Source: Patescibacteria group bacterium
Lineage (GTDB): Bacteria; Patescibacteriota; Dojkabacteria; JAKAPS01
NCBI GenBank assembly: GCA_025450075.1
Contig: JANWIC010000007.1
Span: 39,289 to 103,288 of the forward strand
Reading direction: 5' to 3'
DNA: 64,000 nucleotides
In this document: positions 27,811 through 39,007 of the stretch, one piece after another
How positions within the stretch are numbered: position 1 is the first letter of the stretch
Layout of the letters: each line of letters starts with the position of its first letter
Made by a program: the position numbers and the translations under genes
Notes under the pieces: model-generated
Databases searched by the model: none
What the model was told of the DNA's origin: nothing
The model's input: only the letters and a program-made list of their open reading frames with translations

Positions 27811-30800
27811 ATGGCCAATCCAAATACAGTATCCGATAAAGCAAAGAAAAAGTCAAAGGTAGGAGTGAAGCAAGCAGAGGGACATACATTACGAGTGGAT
27901 ATATCAAAATCCCATCTCGACATGCCGATACCAAATCTAGTAGAGGCGCAACTTCGATCATACAATGAATTTTTAGATAAAACTTTGATTGAAGTATTCA
28001 AAGAAATTTCACCTGTAGATGATAATACAGGAAAATTGTGGACTCTTGAGTTCATGAATGCAAGACTTGGAGATACTAATAGGATGCCTGTTGAAGCAAT
28101 GAGCAAAGGTTTATCATATGATGCTCCATTATTTTTCACTGCACGACTTATTAACAAGCATACCGGTGAAATTAAGGAACAAGAATTGTTCATTTGCGAT
28201 CTCCCTCTTATGACAAACAGAGGGACTTTCATTATTAATGGAAATGAAAGAGCAGTTGTTCATCAGATCATCCGATCAGAAGGTGTACTTTTTATTGAAT
28301 CAGGAGAAAAAAGTGAAGCGGGTCCTTTGTATCTTGCCAAACTTATCCCTGAACGGGGAGCTTGGTTTAACTTTGAATTGAACAAGCATGATGTTATATC
28401 TATCAAACTTGCTCCAAAACGCCCAAAAATTCCTATTACTGAACTCCTTCGGGTTCTGGGTTATTCTACAAACCAGGAAATATTGTCACTCTTTAGTGAT
28501 GTTGACAGAAACCCTGACCGAAAGTTCATTGAATCAACTCTGTTAAAAGATCCGACTACAACAAAAGAAGAAGCTGTAATGGATATTTACAAAAAGCTTC
28601 GACCTGATGTAGCAACAACATATGATAATGCAAAAGCATTCATAGATAATATCTTTTTTAATGAAAGAAGAGTATATCTTGGAAAAACTGGACGATATCA
28701 ACTGAACAGAAAATTAGGAATTGACACTCCAGTTAGCTCAGAAAACTTTGTTTTGTATCCAAGTGATATTGTAGCTGTCATTAAGAGATTAATTGAAGTA
28801 AACAACGGAGACAAGCTTCCGGATGATATGGACAGTATGGAGAACCGAAGAGTAAAAAGCGTCGGAGAACTCGTAGCTGACTTTATCCGGGTTGGTGTCA
28901 GAAGAGTCGAAAAAAATATTAAAGACAGAATGAGTATCCATGCATCAGATGAGCTTTTAGTTCCTGCAACACTAGTTAGTACAAGACCTATTGCTGCGGC
29001 ATTAAATGAGTTTTTTGGTTCATCTGAAGTATCTAGATATATGGACCAGGAAAATGTCTTATCAGAACTTGGAAACAAGAGAAGACTGACATCAGGCGGT
29101 CCTGGTGGACTTACAAAAGAACGTGCAACGTTCTCAGTTCGAGATACCCATTATTCACAATACGGCAGGCTTTGCCCTATTGAGACTCCTGAAGGAGCAA
29201 ACATTGGTATTGTTAACCATCTTGCAGTTTATGCAAGAATTAATGAATATGGATTTTTAGAGACCCCTTACCGAAAAGTAATTACCTCATTCAACTTCCA
29301 AGAATTAAAGAAAGATCATAGCACAGATGAAATTGTTGCTATGATGCAAAACAGGATAAGCAGAGAAGATGTGGAGCATGATGGAAAAACCGTTATCTCT
29401 GCAGGAGAATATGTAAAATCAAAAGCACAAGCACAAGAAATTATGAAAGCTGTAGAAGCCTTCAACATCAAGCCATATGTAACAGATGATATTACCTACC
29501 TGAATGCAGGTGAGGAATATAATGTGAATATTACTTCAGCTAGTGTTGAGCGAGATGAATATGCAAACGTTGTCGCTGATCTCGTTCCTATCCGTTATAG
29601 AGGATCATTCAATATTGGATCAACTGAACATTTGCGATATATTGATGCAGCATCTATCCAAATTGCTGGAACAGGATTTGCATTAGTGCCATTTGCAGCA
29701 TCTGATGAGTCACAACGAACTCTTATGGCTGCAAACATGCAACGACAAGCAATTCCATTGATAAATCCTGAATCACCAATTGTAGGAACAGGATTTGAAG
29801 AAGTTGTAGCAAGAAATTCAGGAAGAGCAGTTTATGCTCCTGAAGATTGTCTCGTTGAATACGCAGATGCACAACGGGTTGTTATCAAATTAAAAGATGC
29901 AAAAGGAAAGAATACAAAACAGGAATTCAAGTTAGAGAAATTTGTTGGAACTAACCAGAATACTTCATTCTCACAAAAAGTACTTGTTAAGACCAACCAG
30001 GAAATCAAAAAAGGAGAAATTCTCATTGACGGACCTTGTATGGACAACGGTGAACTTGCTTTGGGAAAGAATATTACTGTTGCATATATGCTCTGGGAAG
30101 GATTCAACTACGAAGACGGAATTGTCATATCAGAAAGATTAGTTAAGGATGATATCCTTACCTCAATCCATGTAACTGAATACTCTCAAGAAATCAGAGA
30201 GACCCGTCTTGGAGATGAACTATTAACGTATGATATCCCTGGTGTAAGTGAACATGCACTTCGAAACCTTGACCAGAACGGAATTGTCCGAATCGGAGCT
30301 GAGGTAAAAGCAGGAGATGTTCTTGCAGGTATTATTGCACCAAAAGGAGAAACAGAATTAACTGCAGAAGAAAGACTTCTTCGTGCCATATTCGGAGAAT
30401 ATGCACGTGATGTCCGAGACAACTCACTCAAAGTTCCAAACGGAGAAGTAGGTATCGTTACAAACGTACAAGTCCTTTCAAAAGAAGCTGGTGATAAGTT
30501 ATCACCTGGCGTATTAAAAGTAGTAAAAGTATGGGTTGCAAAAACTCGAAAGATTACTATTGGAGATAAGCTTGCAGGACGACATGGAGATAAAGGAGTC
30601 ATTTCAAAGATATTACCGGTAGAAGATATGCCATATATGGCAGATGGAACTCCTGTTGATATCATCCTTTCCCCATTAGGCTTGACTAAACGTATGAACA
30701 TGGGACAGCTTCTTGAAACGCATCTTGGATTACGGGCACAAAAGCTTGGAGTAAAATTTGGTGTACCGATCTTTTCAAAGGTTGATACTGACAGATTAGA

Positions 30801-31395
30801 CAAGATGCTTAATGATGCAGGAATAGAAGTAAATAATAAAGTAACATTATATGACGGACGAACGGGAAAGCCATTTGCTGATAAGATTACGGTAGGACCT
30901 CGATATATTTTGAAGTTGAACCATTTGGCAGATGAAAAGATCCATGCTCGTGCAACTGGTGCTTACACTATGGTTACACAACAGCCACTCGGTGGAAAAG
31001 CGCAATTCGGAGGACAGAGGTTTGGAGAAATGGAAGTATGGGCATTGGAAGCTTATGGAGCAGGTGCAGTATTGCAAGAAATGCTAACAATCAAATCTGA
31101 TGATGTGATTGGCCGAGCAGAAGCATACAAAGCGATTATCCATGGGAAACCGGTACCAGTACCAGGTATTCCTGAAGGTTTTAAAGTGTTAATGAGTGAA
31201 CTTCGTGCTCTGGGATTAAACCTTGAAACAATCGAAGCAATCAGTAAACCGCAAACGAATGTAGAAATTGAAATGACGGAAGATACGAATGTGACCCCGG
31301 ATGAAGGAGTCATTGATGAAAACCTTGAACCTGTTAATGATATTCGTGTTGATGTAGCAACCGGCTCGGTTGAAGAACTTGAACGGTTAGCATAA
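27811..31395 (+). CDS. rpoB: DNA-directed RNA polymerase subunit beta
   Basis: 1194 aa; N-terminal EAQLRSYNEFL; GDKLAGRHGDKGV; NMQRQAIPL. Confidence 0.97.
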   Translation: MANPNTVSDKAKKKSKVGVKQAEGHTLRVDISKSHLDMPIPNLVEAQLRSYNEFLDKTLIEVFKEISPVDDNTGKLWTLEFMNARLGDTNRMPVEAMSKGLSYDAPLFFTARLINKHTGEIKEQELFICDLPLMTNRGTFIINGNERAVVHQIIRSEGVLFIESGEKSEAGPLYLAKLIPERGAWFNFELNKHDVISIKLAPKRPKIPITELLRVLGYSTNQEILSLFSDVDRNPDRKFIESTLLKDPTTTKEEAVMDIYKKLRPDVATTYDNAKAFIDNIFFNERRVYLGKTGRYQLNRKLGIDTPVSSENFVLYPSDIVAVIKRLIEVNNGDKLPDDMDSMENRRVKSVGELVADFIRVGVRRVEKNIKDRMSIHASDELLVPATLVSTRPIAAALNEFFGSSEVSRYMDQENVLSELGNKRRLTSGGPGGLTKERATFSVRDTHYSQYGRLCPIETPEGANIGIVNHLAVYARINEYGFLETPYRKVITSFNFQELKKDHSTDEIVAMMQNRISREDVEHDGKTVISAGEYVKSKAQAQEIMKAVEAFNIKPYVTDDITYLNAGEEYNVNITSASVERDEYANVVADLVPIRYRGSFNIGSTEHLRYIDAASIQIAGTGFALVPFAASDESQRTLMAANMQRQAIPLINPESPIVGTGFEEVVARNSGRAVYAPEDCLVEYADAQRVVIKLKDAKGKNTKQEFKLEKFVGTNQNTSFSQKVLVKTNQEIKKGEILIDGPCMDNGELALGKNITVAYMLWEGFNYEDGIVISERLVKDDILTSIHVTEYSQEIRETRLGDELLTYDIPGVSEHALRNLDQNGIVRIGAEVKAGDVLAGIIAPKGETELTAEERLLRAIFGEYARDVRDNSLKVPNGEVGIVTNVQVLSKEAGDKLSPGVLKVVKVWVAKTRKITIGDKLAGRHGDKGVISKILPVEDMPYMADGTPVDIILSPLGLTKRMNMGQLLETHLGLRAQKLGVKFGVPIFSKVDTDRLDKMLNDAGIEVNNKVTLYDGRTGKPFADKITVGPRYILKLNHLADEKIHARATGAYTMVTQQPLGGKAQFGGQRFGEMEVWALEAYGAGAVLQEMLTIKSDDVIGRAEAYKAIIHGKPVPVPGIPEGFKVLMSELRALGLNLETIEAISKPQTNVEIEMTEDTNVTPDEGVIDENLEPVNDIRVDVATGSVEELERLA

Positions 31396-31415
31396 TATAT
31401 TATATACCTACACCA

Positions 31416-34400
31416 ATGATTAAAGATTTTAAAGCACTTAAAATAACACTAGCATCTCCACAGCAAGTGCAAAGCTGGAGCCATGGTGAAGTGAAGAAAG
31501 CTGAAACAATAAACTACAGGACACAACGAGCAGAAGTTGACGGTCTAATGTGCGAAAGAATTTTCGGACCAACTAAAAACTTTGAATGTTACTGTGGAAA
31601 GTATAAGAAGGTACGATATAAGGGGATTATCTGTGACAAATGTGGAGTAGAAGTCACACAAAAAAGTGTCAGACGAGAACGAATGGGACATATTAAATTA
31701 GTCTCACCTGTTGTCCATGTCTGGTATTCCCACGGTGTACCAAACAAGCTCTCACTTCTTCTTGATATTATGCAAAAGAAGTTGACTGCTGTTATCTATT
31801 TCTCACGTTACATGGTAATTGATGTAATCGAAGAAGAGAAAAAAGCAGCAATCGCTCAAATTAATGATAAGTTGGAACTTGCAAAGAAAGAAAACAGCGA
31901 TGAATTAGAACTTCATATAGCCGAAATCAATAAAGAAAAAGATGAGGCAGTAGAAAAGACAAGAAGAGAATCAGATGAAAGTGGTGAAGTTCTCGATATG
32001 ACTATAGATAAAGTAGAAGTAAAATTCAGACAAAGGATTGCAAAACTTCGAGAAGAATATCTTGTAAAAGAAAATGAAATCGAAGCTGAATACAAGACAC
32101 TACTTGGTTTAGTTGATAAAATTGTAATCGGAGAAATCGTCTCAGAAGATGAATATTACCGATTGCTGGATAATGACTTGGAATTCTTTGAATTATCAAT
32201 GGGTGCTGAGGCAATTAAGACATTGTTACAAAAGCTTGATCTGGAAAAACTATCGGAAGAGCTGAAAAAAGATGTTCTTAGCCCATCAGTTCAAAAGAGA
32301 ATCAAAGCAATCCAACGACTCCGCATTATTGAAGGATTCAAGAACAACAAGATAGACCCATCATGGATCGTCATAGATATTGTTCCTGTTATCTCACCTG
32401 AACTACGTCCAATCATCCAACTTATGGGAGGCAGATTTGCTTCATCAGACTTGAATGACTTATACCGAAGAGTGATAAACAGAAACAACCGTTTGAAAAG
32501 ACTTATGGAACTTGGAGCACCTGAAATTATCCTTCGAAACGAAAAGAGAATGTTGCAAGAAGCAGTGGATGCTTTAATTGACAATAACCACAGACCAAGC
32601 GCACCTGTTATGAACACAAGAAAGATGCCATTGAAATCACTTTCTGATAACCTTCGAGGAAAACAGGGGCGATTCAGACAGAATCTGCTTGGAAAACGTG
32701 TTGACTACTCAGGTCGTGCCGTTATTGTTTCCGGAGCAGACCTTAGCCTTACAGAAGCAGGTCTTCCAAAGACAATGGCACTTGAGCTGTTCAGACCGTT
32801 TGTCATGAAAGAAATTTTAGAACGAGAATATGCGCCAAATATTAAGAGTGCAAAGTATTTCTTTGAAAAAGCAAGCAAGGAAGTATGGGATATCTTAGAA
32901 GAAGTAATCCAAAAAAGACCTATCCTATTAAACCGTGCACCTACTCTTCACAAACAGGGTATACAGGCATTTTATCCGGTACTTTCATCAGGAAATGCAA
33001 TCAGAATTAATCCTCTCGTATGTGCAGGATTTAATGCTGACTTCGATGGTGACCAGATGGCTGTCCATGTACCGTTATCTGAAGAAGCAGTAGAAGAGGC
33101 AAAAACACTTATGATGGCAAAGAATAACTTGCTATTGGATGCTGACGGCGGAGCTATCATGAACCCGAAATATGATATGGTTTATGGTTGTTACTTCTTA
33201 ACAGGAGTAGATACACATCTAGAAGCATCAAAGAGTGTATTTGCATCAGCAGATGATGCAGTTACAGCATTCCATAATGATGCATTAGCACTTCGACAGC
33301 TTACTAAGATCAGAGTTAACGGCAAAATTTTGGAGACAACGGTTGGAAGAATCATCTTCAATGAAATCCTTCCAAAAGACTTTAATTTTGTTAACTATCA
33401 GGTAGGCAGCGATGAAATTAAAAAGATTGTAGAAGAATTAATTGCAAAAGAAGGAATGGAAAGTTCTGTTGCTCTTCTTGATAGCATCAAAAATATCGGT
33501 TTTAAGTATGCAACGCTTTCAGGCTTCTCTATATCAATGGATGATTGTAAGATCATACCTGAGAGAGATGACATTATTAACGAAGCTGACCAAAAAGTTG
33601 CAGGACTTGAAGATAACTACCAGATGGGACTTATAACCAAAGGTGAAAAGAGCCGATTGGCACTTGTTATCTGGAAAGAAACTACAGACAGGATTGCACA
33701 ATTGACATGGGATAACTTAGGAGAAGAAAACCCGATCAGACAAGTAATCAAAGCAAAAGCTATGAAAGCAAATATTGACCAGGTGAAGCAGATTGCAGGT
33801 ATGCGAGGATTATTACTTGATCCAAATAACAAGACAATCGAACTTCCAGTCAGGTCTAACTTTGCACTAGGACTTTCTGAAATGGAATACTTTGTAGGTT
33901 CACGATCAACAAGAAAAGTGTTGGCTGATACTGCACTTCGAACTGCTGAATCAGGTTACCTGACTCGAAAACTTGTTGATGTTGCACAAGGTGTTATCGT
34001 CAGAGAAGAAGATTGTGGAACAATTGAAGGAATTGAAATGCTCAAGAATGATGACAGAAGAATTCCTTTTGTTGAGAGGATTGAAGGACGATGGAGTGCA
34101 CAGGAAGTGAAAGATGGAAAGAAAATACTAGTTGGTGCAAGCGAATTTATTACAAAAGAAATAGCAGAAAAAATCAATGAAACAGGTATCGAGTCAATTG
34201 TACTCCGCTCCCCGCTTACATGTCGTGCAAAGTTTGGTATTTGTGTTAAGTGTTACGGAAATGATCTTTCAACAAAAGAACCGGTACGAATTGGTACTGC
34301 TGTTGGAGTCATCGCAGCACAATCTCTTGGAGAATCAACCACACAGCTTACTTTGAACACAAAGCATAAAGCAGGTATTGCAGGCGTAGTGGATGTAACG

Positions 34401-35267
34401 CAAGGTTTGCCTAGAGCTGAAGAATTGTTTGAAGCTCGAATTCCAAAAGGAGAAGCAAAGATTGCAGACATTGACGGAATAGTACATATCATTGAAGTTG
34501 AAGAAAAGTTAAAAGTAAGAATTACCAGTAACAAGAAGACTACTTATGAAGTGATTTCCCTTGTAGGAGGAAGTGTAAATGTAAAGAATGACCAGAAAGT
34601 GAAAGCTGGAGATCTTCTCTATGTTTCACCAGAAAAATCAAATGTCGTTTCTCCATTCAGAGGAACTGTGAAAATTGAAGGGGATAAGATTCTTGTTGAA
34701 AGCGACAAGGTTCAGGAAGTGGAATACACTATCCCTGCAGATGCAGAACTTCTCGTAAATGAAGGAGATGAAATAAAGGCAGGCTTTTTGATCACAAAAG
34801 GAAATATCGATCCAAGAATTCTTCTTGAAACAATCGGTATGGTGAAAGCGCAAAAGTATATTATTGATAACATTCAACAAACTTATGGTGCACAGGGAAT
34901 TGCAATTAACGACAAGCATGTTGAAGTAATTGTTTCTCAGATGGGACGATATGTCAGGGTTACAAACCCAGGAGATAGTTCACTCCTTCCTGGAGAATAC
35001 AAAGACAAGTTTGAAGTTGAGACAATGAATGAAGTATTGCAAAAAGGTGGAAAGAAGAATATTGCGGTGAAACCACAACTTATTGGTATAACTGCAGCAT
35101 CCCTCAGGACTGAAAGTTTCTTGTCAGCAGCTTCATTCCAGGAACAGGTTAGAGTTTTGTCTGATGCCGCTATCATCGGAAAGGTCGACTACTTGCGAGG
35201 ATTAAAAGAAAATGTTATTATTGGGCGTCGAATACCTAGCGGATCACGAGTTCGTTTGGAAGAGTAA
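31416..35267 (+). CDS. rpoC: DNA-directed RNA polymerase subunit beta' (single unsplit gene)
   Basis: 1283 aa; Zn-finger CYCGKYKK...CDKCGVEV; NADFDGDQMAVHVP catalytic motif. Confidence 0.97.
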   Translation: MIKDFKALKITLASPQQVQSWSHGEVKKAETINYRTQRAEVDGLMCERIFGPTKNFECYCGKYKKVRYKGIICDKCGVEVTQKSVRRERMGHIKLVSPVVHVWYSHGVPNKLSLLLDIMQKKLTAVIYFSRYMVIDVIEEEKKAAIAQINDKLELAKKENSDELELHIAEINKEKDEAVEKTRRESDESGEVLDMTIDKVEVKFRQRIAKLREEYLVKENEIEAEYKTLLGLVDKIVIGEIVSEDEYYRLLDNDLEFFELSMGAEAIKTLLQKLDLEKLSEELKKDVLSPSVQKRIKAIQRLRIIEGFKNNKIDPSWIVIDIVPVISPELRPIIQLMGGRFASSDLNDLYRRVINRNNRLKRLMELGAPEIILRNEKRMLQEAVDALIDNNHRPSAPVMNTRKMPLKSLSDNLRGKQGRFRQNLLGKRVDYSGRAVIVSGADLSLTEAGLPKTMALELFRPFVMKEILEREYAPNIKSAKYFFEKASKEVWDILEEVIQKRPILLNRAPTLHKQGIQAFYPVLSSGNAIRINPLVCAGFNADFDGDQMAVHVPLSEEAVEEAKTLMMAKNNLLLDADGGAIMNPKYDMVYGCYFLTGVDTHLEASKSVFASADDAVTAFHNDALALRQLTKIRVNGKILETTVGRIIFNEILPKDFNFVNYQVGSDEIKKIVEELIAKEGMESSVALLDSIKNIGFKYATLSGFSISMDDCKIIPERDDIINEADQKVAGLEDNYQMGLITKGEKSRLALVIWKETTDRIAQLTWDNLGEENPIRQVIKAKAMKANIDQVKQIAGMRGLLLDPNNKTIELPVRSNFALGLSEMEYFVGSRSTRKVLADTALRTAESGYLTRKLVDVAQGVIVREEDCGTIEGIEMLKNDDRRIPFVERIEGRWSAQEVKDGKKILVGASEFITKEIAEKINETGIESIVLRSPLTCRAKFGICVKCYGNDLSTKEPVRIGTAVGVIAAQSLGESTTQLTLNTKHKAGIAGVVDVTQGLPRAEELFEARIPKGEAKIADIDGIVHIIEVEEKLKVRITSNKKTTYEVISLVGGSVNVKNDQKVKAGDLLYVSPEKSNVVSPFRGTVKIEGDKILVESDKVQEVEYTIPADAELLVNEGDEIKAGFLITKGNIDPRILLETIGMVKAQKYIIDNIQQTYGAQGIAINDKHVEVIVSQMGRYVRVTNPGDSSLLPGEYKDKFEVETMNEVLQKGGKKNIAVKPQLIGITAASLRTESFLSAASFQEQVRVLSDAAIIGKVDYLRGLKENVIIGRRIPSGSRVRLEE

Positions 35268-35294
35268 TTATATTTTATTTACGGACAAATTATT

Positions 35295-35717
35295 ATGGCG
35301 AGAATATCACAATTGGTAAGAAAACCAAGAAAGGTAAAAGAAAAGAAGGTAAAATACAAAGCAATGACGAAGTCATTTAATAGCGTGAAGAATCGTTACG
35401 TTGACGTAAATAGTCCTCTTAAAAGAGGAGTATGTACCGTTGTTCGTACAATGACTCCTAGAAAACCAAACTCTGCACTTCGAAAGATTGCAAGGGTAAG
35501 GCTATCAAACAGAATGGAAGTCAACGCATATATTCCAGGAATCGGCCATGATCTGCAGGAACACTCTGTTGTTCTTATCAGAGCAGGTAAAGTAGCAGAT
35601 TTGCCATTGGTGAAGTACCATATTGTCCGAGGTAAATATGATGCAAAAGGCGTCACAAACAGAAAACAAGGCCGATCTTTGTACGGAACAAAGAAGCCAA
35701 AAGAAGAATCTAAATAA
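35295..35717 (+). CDS. rpsL: 30S ribosomal protein S12
   Basis: KPNSALRK and VRGG-like motifs; 140 aa. Confidence 0.95.
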   Translation: MARISQLVRKPRKVKEKKVKYKAMTKSFNSVKNRYVDVNSPLKRGVCTVVRTMTPRKPNSALRKIARVRLSNRMEVNAYIPGIGHDLQEHSVVLIRAGKVADLPLVKYHIVRGKYDAKGVTNRKQGRSLYGTKKPKEESK

Positions 35718-35729
35718 TCCATATAAGAC

Positions 35730-36194
35730 ATGAGAGGAAAACAAGCAACAAAAAGAAAATTAGAACCTGATATGATATATCAAAGCGTTCTCGTAACCAG
35801 ATTCATTAATAAACTGATGATGAGCGGAAAGAAAAGTACAGCACGTGCTATCTTTTATAACGCAATGGATGTTATTAAGGAAGATAAGAAGCTCGATCCG
35901 ATGAAAGTATTTGAAACAGCACTAAGAAATGCAATGCCGCAAATGGAAGTGCGATCTCGACGAATCGGAGGAGCAAATTACCAGGTTCCAATCCCGGTAG
36001 ATGGCGGAAGACAGGAATCACTTGGTATTAAATGGATTATTGAGGCATCTCGTACAAAGAAAGGCCAGCAAATGTATAAAAAATTAGCTAGCGAACTTAT
36101 GGATGCAGCTAACAATACTGGAAATGCAGTAAGAAGAAAAGAAGATGTTCACAAAATGGCAGATGCTAACAAAGCTTTCAGTCATTTTAGATAA
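35730..36194 (+). CDS. rpsG: 30S ribosomal protein S7
   Basis: 154 aa; IINKLMMSGKKSTARAIFY signature. Confidence 0.95.
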   Translation: MRGKQATKRKLEPDMIYQSVLVTRFINKLMMSGKKSTARAIFYNAMDVIKEDKKLDPMKVFETALRNAMPQMEVRSRRIGGANYQVPIPVDGGRQESLGIKWIIEASRTKKGQQMYKKLASELMDAANNTGNAVRRKEDVHKMADANKAFSHFR

Positions 36195-36216
36195 TATTTC
36201 ATAACCCCATAATACG

Positions 36217-38304
36217 ATGGCCCAGAAAATTTCATTAGACAAGATACGTAATATCGGTATCATTGCCCATATCGATGCCGGTAAAACAACCACAACAGAA
36301 AGAATCCTTTACTACACAGGAAAAATATATAAGATTGGTGAAGTGCATGAAGGTGCAGCAACTATGGACTGGATGGAACAAGAGAGAGAACGTGGAATTA
36401 CGATCACTTCTGCTGCAACAACAGCATTCTGGAATCTTGGAAATATTCAGTTTAGGGTAAATATTATTGATACACCGGGTCATGTAGACTTCACAGCTGA
36501 AGTTGAAAGATCTCTTCGTGTGCTAGATGGTGGTGTTGTTGTCTTCGATGGAAAAATGGGTGTTGAACCTCAGTCTGAAACTGTCTGGCGCCAGGCTGAT
36601 AAATATAACGTACCAAGAATCTGTTTTATCAATAAACTTGATGCAATTGGCGGTGACTTCTATATGTCATACGAATCAATTAAATCTCGACTTGGAGTGA
36701 ATGCTGTGCCAATTCAAATTCCTATCGGTATTGAAAATAATTTCAAAGGAATCATTGATTTGATTGCTATGAAAGCATATATGTATACAAATGATCTGGG
36801 GACTGATATTCAGGAAGTTGATATTCCGGAAGATTATAAAGAAAGAGCAAAAGAATACAGGACATATATGCTTGAAAAAGTTGCAGAAACATCTGATGAA
36901 CTCTTAGAAAAGTTTTTTGCTGGAGAATCATTTACTGAAGATGAAATCATAACTGGCCTTCGAAAAGGAACTTTGGACCAAACTATCTTTCCTGTTCTTG
37001 GAGGAGCTTCAAAAGCAAACAAAGGAGTACAACTTCTTTTGGATGCTGTTGTCAGATTCCTTCCATCTCCACTTGATATTGGTGCGGTTCATGGAACCGA
37101 TCCAAAAACAAGTGAAGAAATAACTCGAGACCCTGATGATAAAGAGCCATTTACTGCGCTTGCTTTTAAGATTGCTGTTGATGAACATGTTGGAAAACTT
37201 ACCTTTTTTAGAGTATATGCAGGAACTGTAAAAGAAGGTTCATATATACTAAACTCTACTACAGGTGAAAAAGAACGGGTTAGCAGAATAGTCATGATGC
37301 ATGCAAACCATCGTGAACAGGTTGCAGAAGTAACTGCAGGTGAAATTGCTGCTATGGTAGGATTAAAAGGCACTTCTACAGGAAATACACTTTGTGATGA
37401 GAATTCCCCGATTCTTCTTGAATCAATCAGCTTTCCAGAACCTGTTGTATCCGTTGCTGTCGAACCAAAAACCAAACAGGATCAGGAAAAAATGTCTACA
37501 GCTATTCATAAATTAGCGGAAGAAGATCCGACTTTCCGGGTAACTTCAGACCAGGAAACAGGTGAAACAATTATTTCAGGAATGGGAGAATTGCATCTTG
37601 ATATTATCGTTGATCGAATGAAACGTGAATACCACGTCGATGCAAATGTCGGAAAACCTCAGGTGGCATATAGGGAAACAATTACACAGGTAACACAGGT
37701 AGAAGGAAAATATATTAAACAAAGTGGAGGTCATGGACAATATGGCCACTGTTGGTTACGACTTGAGCCTCAAGAAAGAGGAAAAGGATATGAATTTGTA
37801 GATGAAGTAAAAGGAGGAGCGATTCCAAAAGAATTTATCCCTGCTATTAACAAAGGTATTGAACAATCGCTCCAAAATGGAGTACTTGGAGGTTATCCTG
37901 TTGTAGATGTAAAGGTTGCAGTATATGATGGATCTTATCATGACGTTGACTCTTCTGAACTTGCTTTTAAAGTAGCAGGATCTATGGCTTTCCGAGAAGG
38001 AATGAAAAAAGCGGATCCAGTACTTTTAGAACCAATCATGTATATTGAAGTTGTTACCCCTGCAGAATTCATGGGTGATATTACCGGTGCTTTGTCAGCA
38101 AAACGAGGTATTATACTTGGTATGGATGATCGGGGCAATGCAAAAGTAATTCGAGCAGAAGTCCCGCTTGAGAATATGTTCGGGTTTACCAATGAACTCC
38201 GATCCATGTCATCAGGACGTGCGTCCAACTCAATGGAATTCTCACATTACCAGCCTGTTCCTAAGAATGTAGCTGATGAGATATTAGGAAAACAGGAGAA
38301 GTAA
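36217..38304 (+). CDS. fusA: elongation factor G
   Basis: [23 protein letters not shown] and NKLD; 695 aa. Confidence 0.97.
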   Translation: MAQKISLDKIRNIGIIAHIDAGKTTTTERILYYTGKIYKIGEVHEGAATMDWMEQERERGITITSAATTAFWNLGNIQFRVNIIDTPGHVDFTAEVERSLRVLDGGVVVFDGKMGVEPQSETVWRQADKYNVPRICFINKLDAIGGDFYMSYESIKSRLGVNAVPIQIPIGIENNFKGIIDLIAMKAYMYTNDLGTDIQEVDIPEDYKERAKEYRTYMLEKVAETSDELLEKFFAGESFTEDEIITGLRKGTLDQTIFPVLGGASKANKGVQLLLDAVVRFLPSPLDIGAVHGTDPKTSEEITRDPDDKEPFTALAFKIAVDEHVGKLTFFRVYAGTVKEGSYILNSTTGEKERVSRIVMMHANHREQVAEVTAGEIAAMVGLKGTSTGNTLCDENSPILLESISFPEPVVSVAVEPKTKQDQEKMSTAIHKLAEEDPTFRVTSDQETGETIISGMGELHLDIIVDRMKREYHVDANVGKPQVAYRETITQVTQVEGKYIKQSGGHGQYGHCWLRLEPQERGKGYEFVDEVKGGAIPKEFIPAINKGIEQSLQNGVLGGYPVVDVKVAVYDGSYHDVDSSELAFKVAGSMAFREGMKKADPVLLEPIMYIEVVTPAEFMGDITGALSAKRGIILGMDDRGNAKVIRAEVPLENMFGFTNELRSMSSGRASNSMEFSHYQPVPKNVADEILGKQEK

Positions 38305-38305
38305 T

Positions 38306-38782
38306 ATGGGTCAAGAACGTGAAAGTTCTGCCCCAGATGATGTCTTACCTCCTATAACCTCACCGGATGAAGTTATATTAAACTTATACCTTTACTTCGG
38401 GTTTGAAGATGTTTACCCATTCTCATATATAAAGTCACGAATTGCAAATTATCGACCATATTTTGATTCTTGGAAAATGGCAATCCTTGAGAAAGATTCC
38501 AATGCTTCCGAAATTGATATTGATTATACAATAGCCCTTAAATGTTGCTTAATGTTAAGTGATATCTTTAAGGTAGAAGTAATGAGATGTCCTGATTATG
38601 AAAGAACTAAGAACGAACTATGGGTAATAAGCGATCCAAAAGATACCTTGGGTTTAGGACAATTTCATCTACTTACCTTTAAATTTTGGGGACAATTAGG
38701 AATAGTCCATCTAATGCAAGATAATAGAAATGATCTCGATGATGAAGTGATTATAGTTTTAGACAGAGACTCATTGAACTAA
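38306..38782 (+). CDS. hypothetical protein (158 aa) inserted between fusA and tuf
   Basis: Its ATG overlaps the fusA stop (TAATATG). No recognisable family. Confidence 0.5.
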   Translation: MGQERESSAPDDVLPPITSPDEVILNLYLYFGFEDVYPFSYIKSRIANYRPYFDSWKMAILEKDSNASEIDIDYTIALKCCLMLSDIFKVEVMRCPDYERTKNELWVISDPKDTLGLGQFHLLTFKFWGQLGIVHLMQDNRNDLDDEVIIVLDRDSLN

Positions 38783-38922
38783 TTTTTTATATGCCTAGTA
38801 ATGGCTAATCTATAGTTCTTTTAGGCGATCCTAATAATTGTAAGAAAGATTACGGACTCAACGATATATATACCCTCAAAACCCTTTACAAATGTTTTTA
38901 TCTATGGTATAAATACCACGGT

Positions 38923-38968
38923 ATTGTGAATGAAAAAATTTCACAATGTTTTGAGTGTGTGCTATAAT
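38923..38968 (+). promoter_or_regulatory. tuf promoter (TTCACA -17- TGcTATAAT, extended -10) with a perfect 8-bp inverted repeat ATTGTGAA-N9-TTCACAAT overlapping the -35
   Basis: -35 at 38940-38945 and -10 at 38963-38968 with TG at 38960-38961. Palindrome arms are 38923-38930 and 38940-38947. Confidence 0.45.
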
Positions 38969-39007
38969 GAACCCGCTCAGTCAAATTTTATATTACTTAC
39001 TACACAA

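Noticed and set aside
28698-30803. Antisense ORFs inside rpoB (28698-29078, 29832-30107, 30186-30803, 30847-31313)
   Set aside because: They lie entirely within a highly conserved sense-strand gene and have low-complexity Ser/Thr/Pro-rich translations typical of shadow frames.
31913-35176. Antisense and alternate-frame ORFs inside rpoC
   Set aside because: Shadow ORFs of a conserved gene with no independent signals.
36235-38228. Antisense and alternate-frame ORFs within fusA
   Set aside because: Shadow ORFs; fusA reads through with full-length homology.
38930-39007. Upstream in-frame ATG (38930) that would extend EF-Tu by 26 aa
   Set aside because: The EF-Tu N-terminus is conserved from [10 protein letters not shown] at 39008. 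The predicted -10 (38963-38968) lies downstream of 38930, so that ATG would not be on the transcript.
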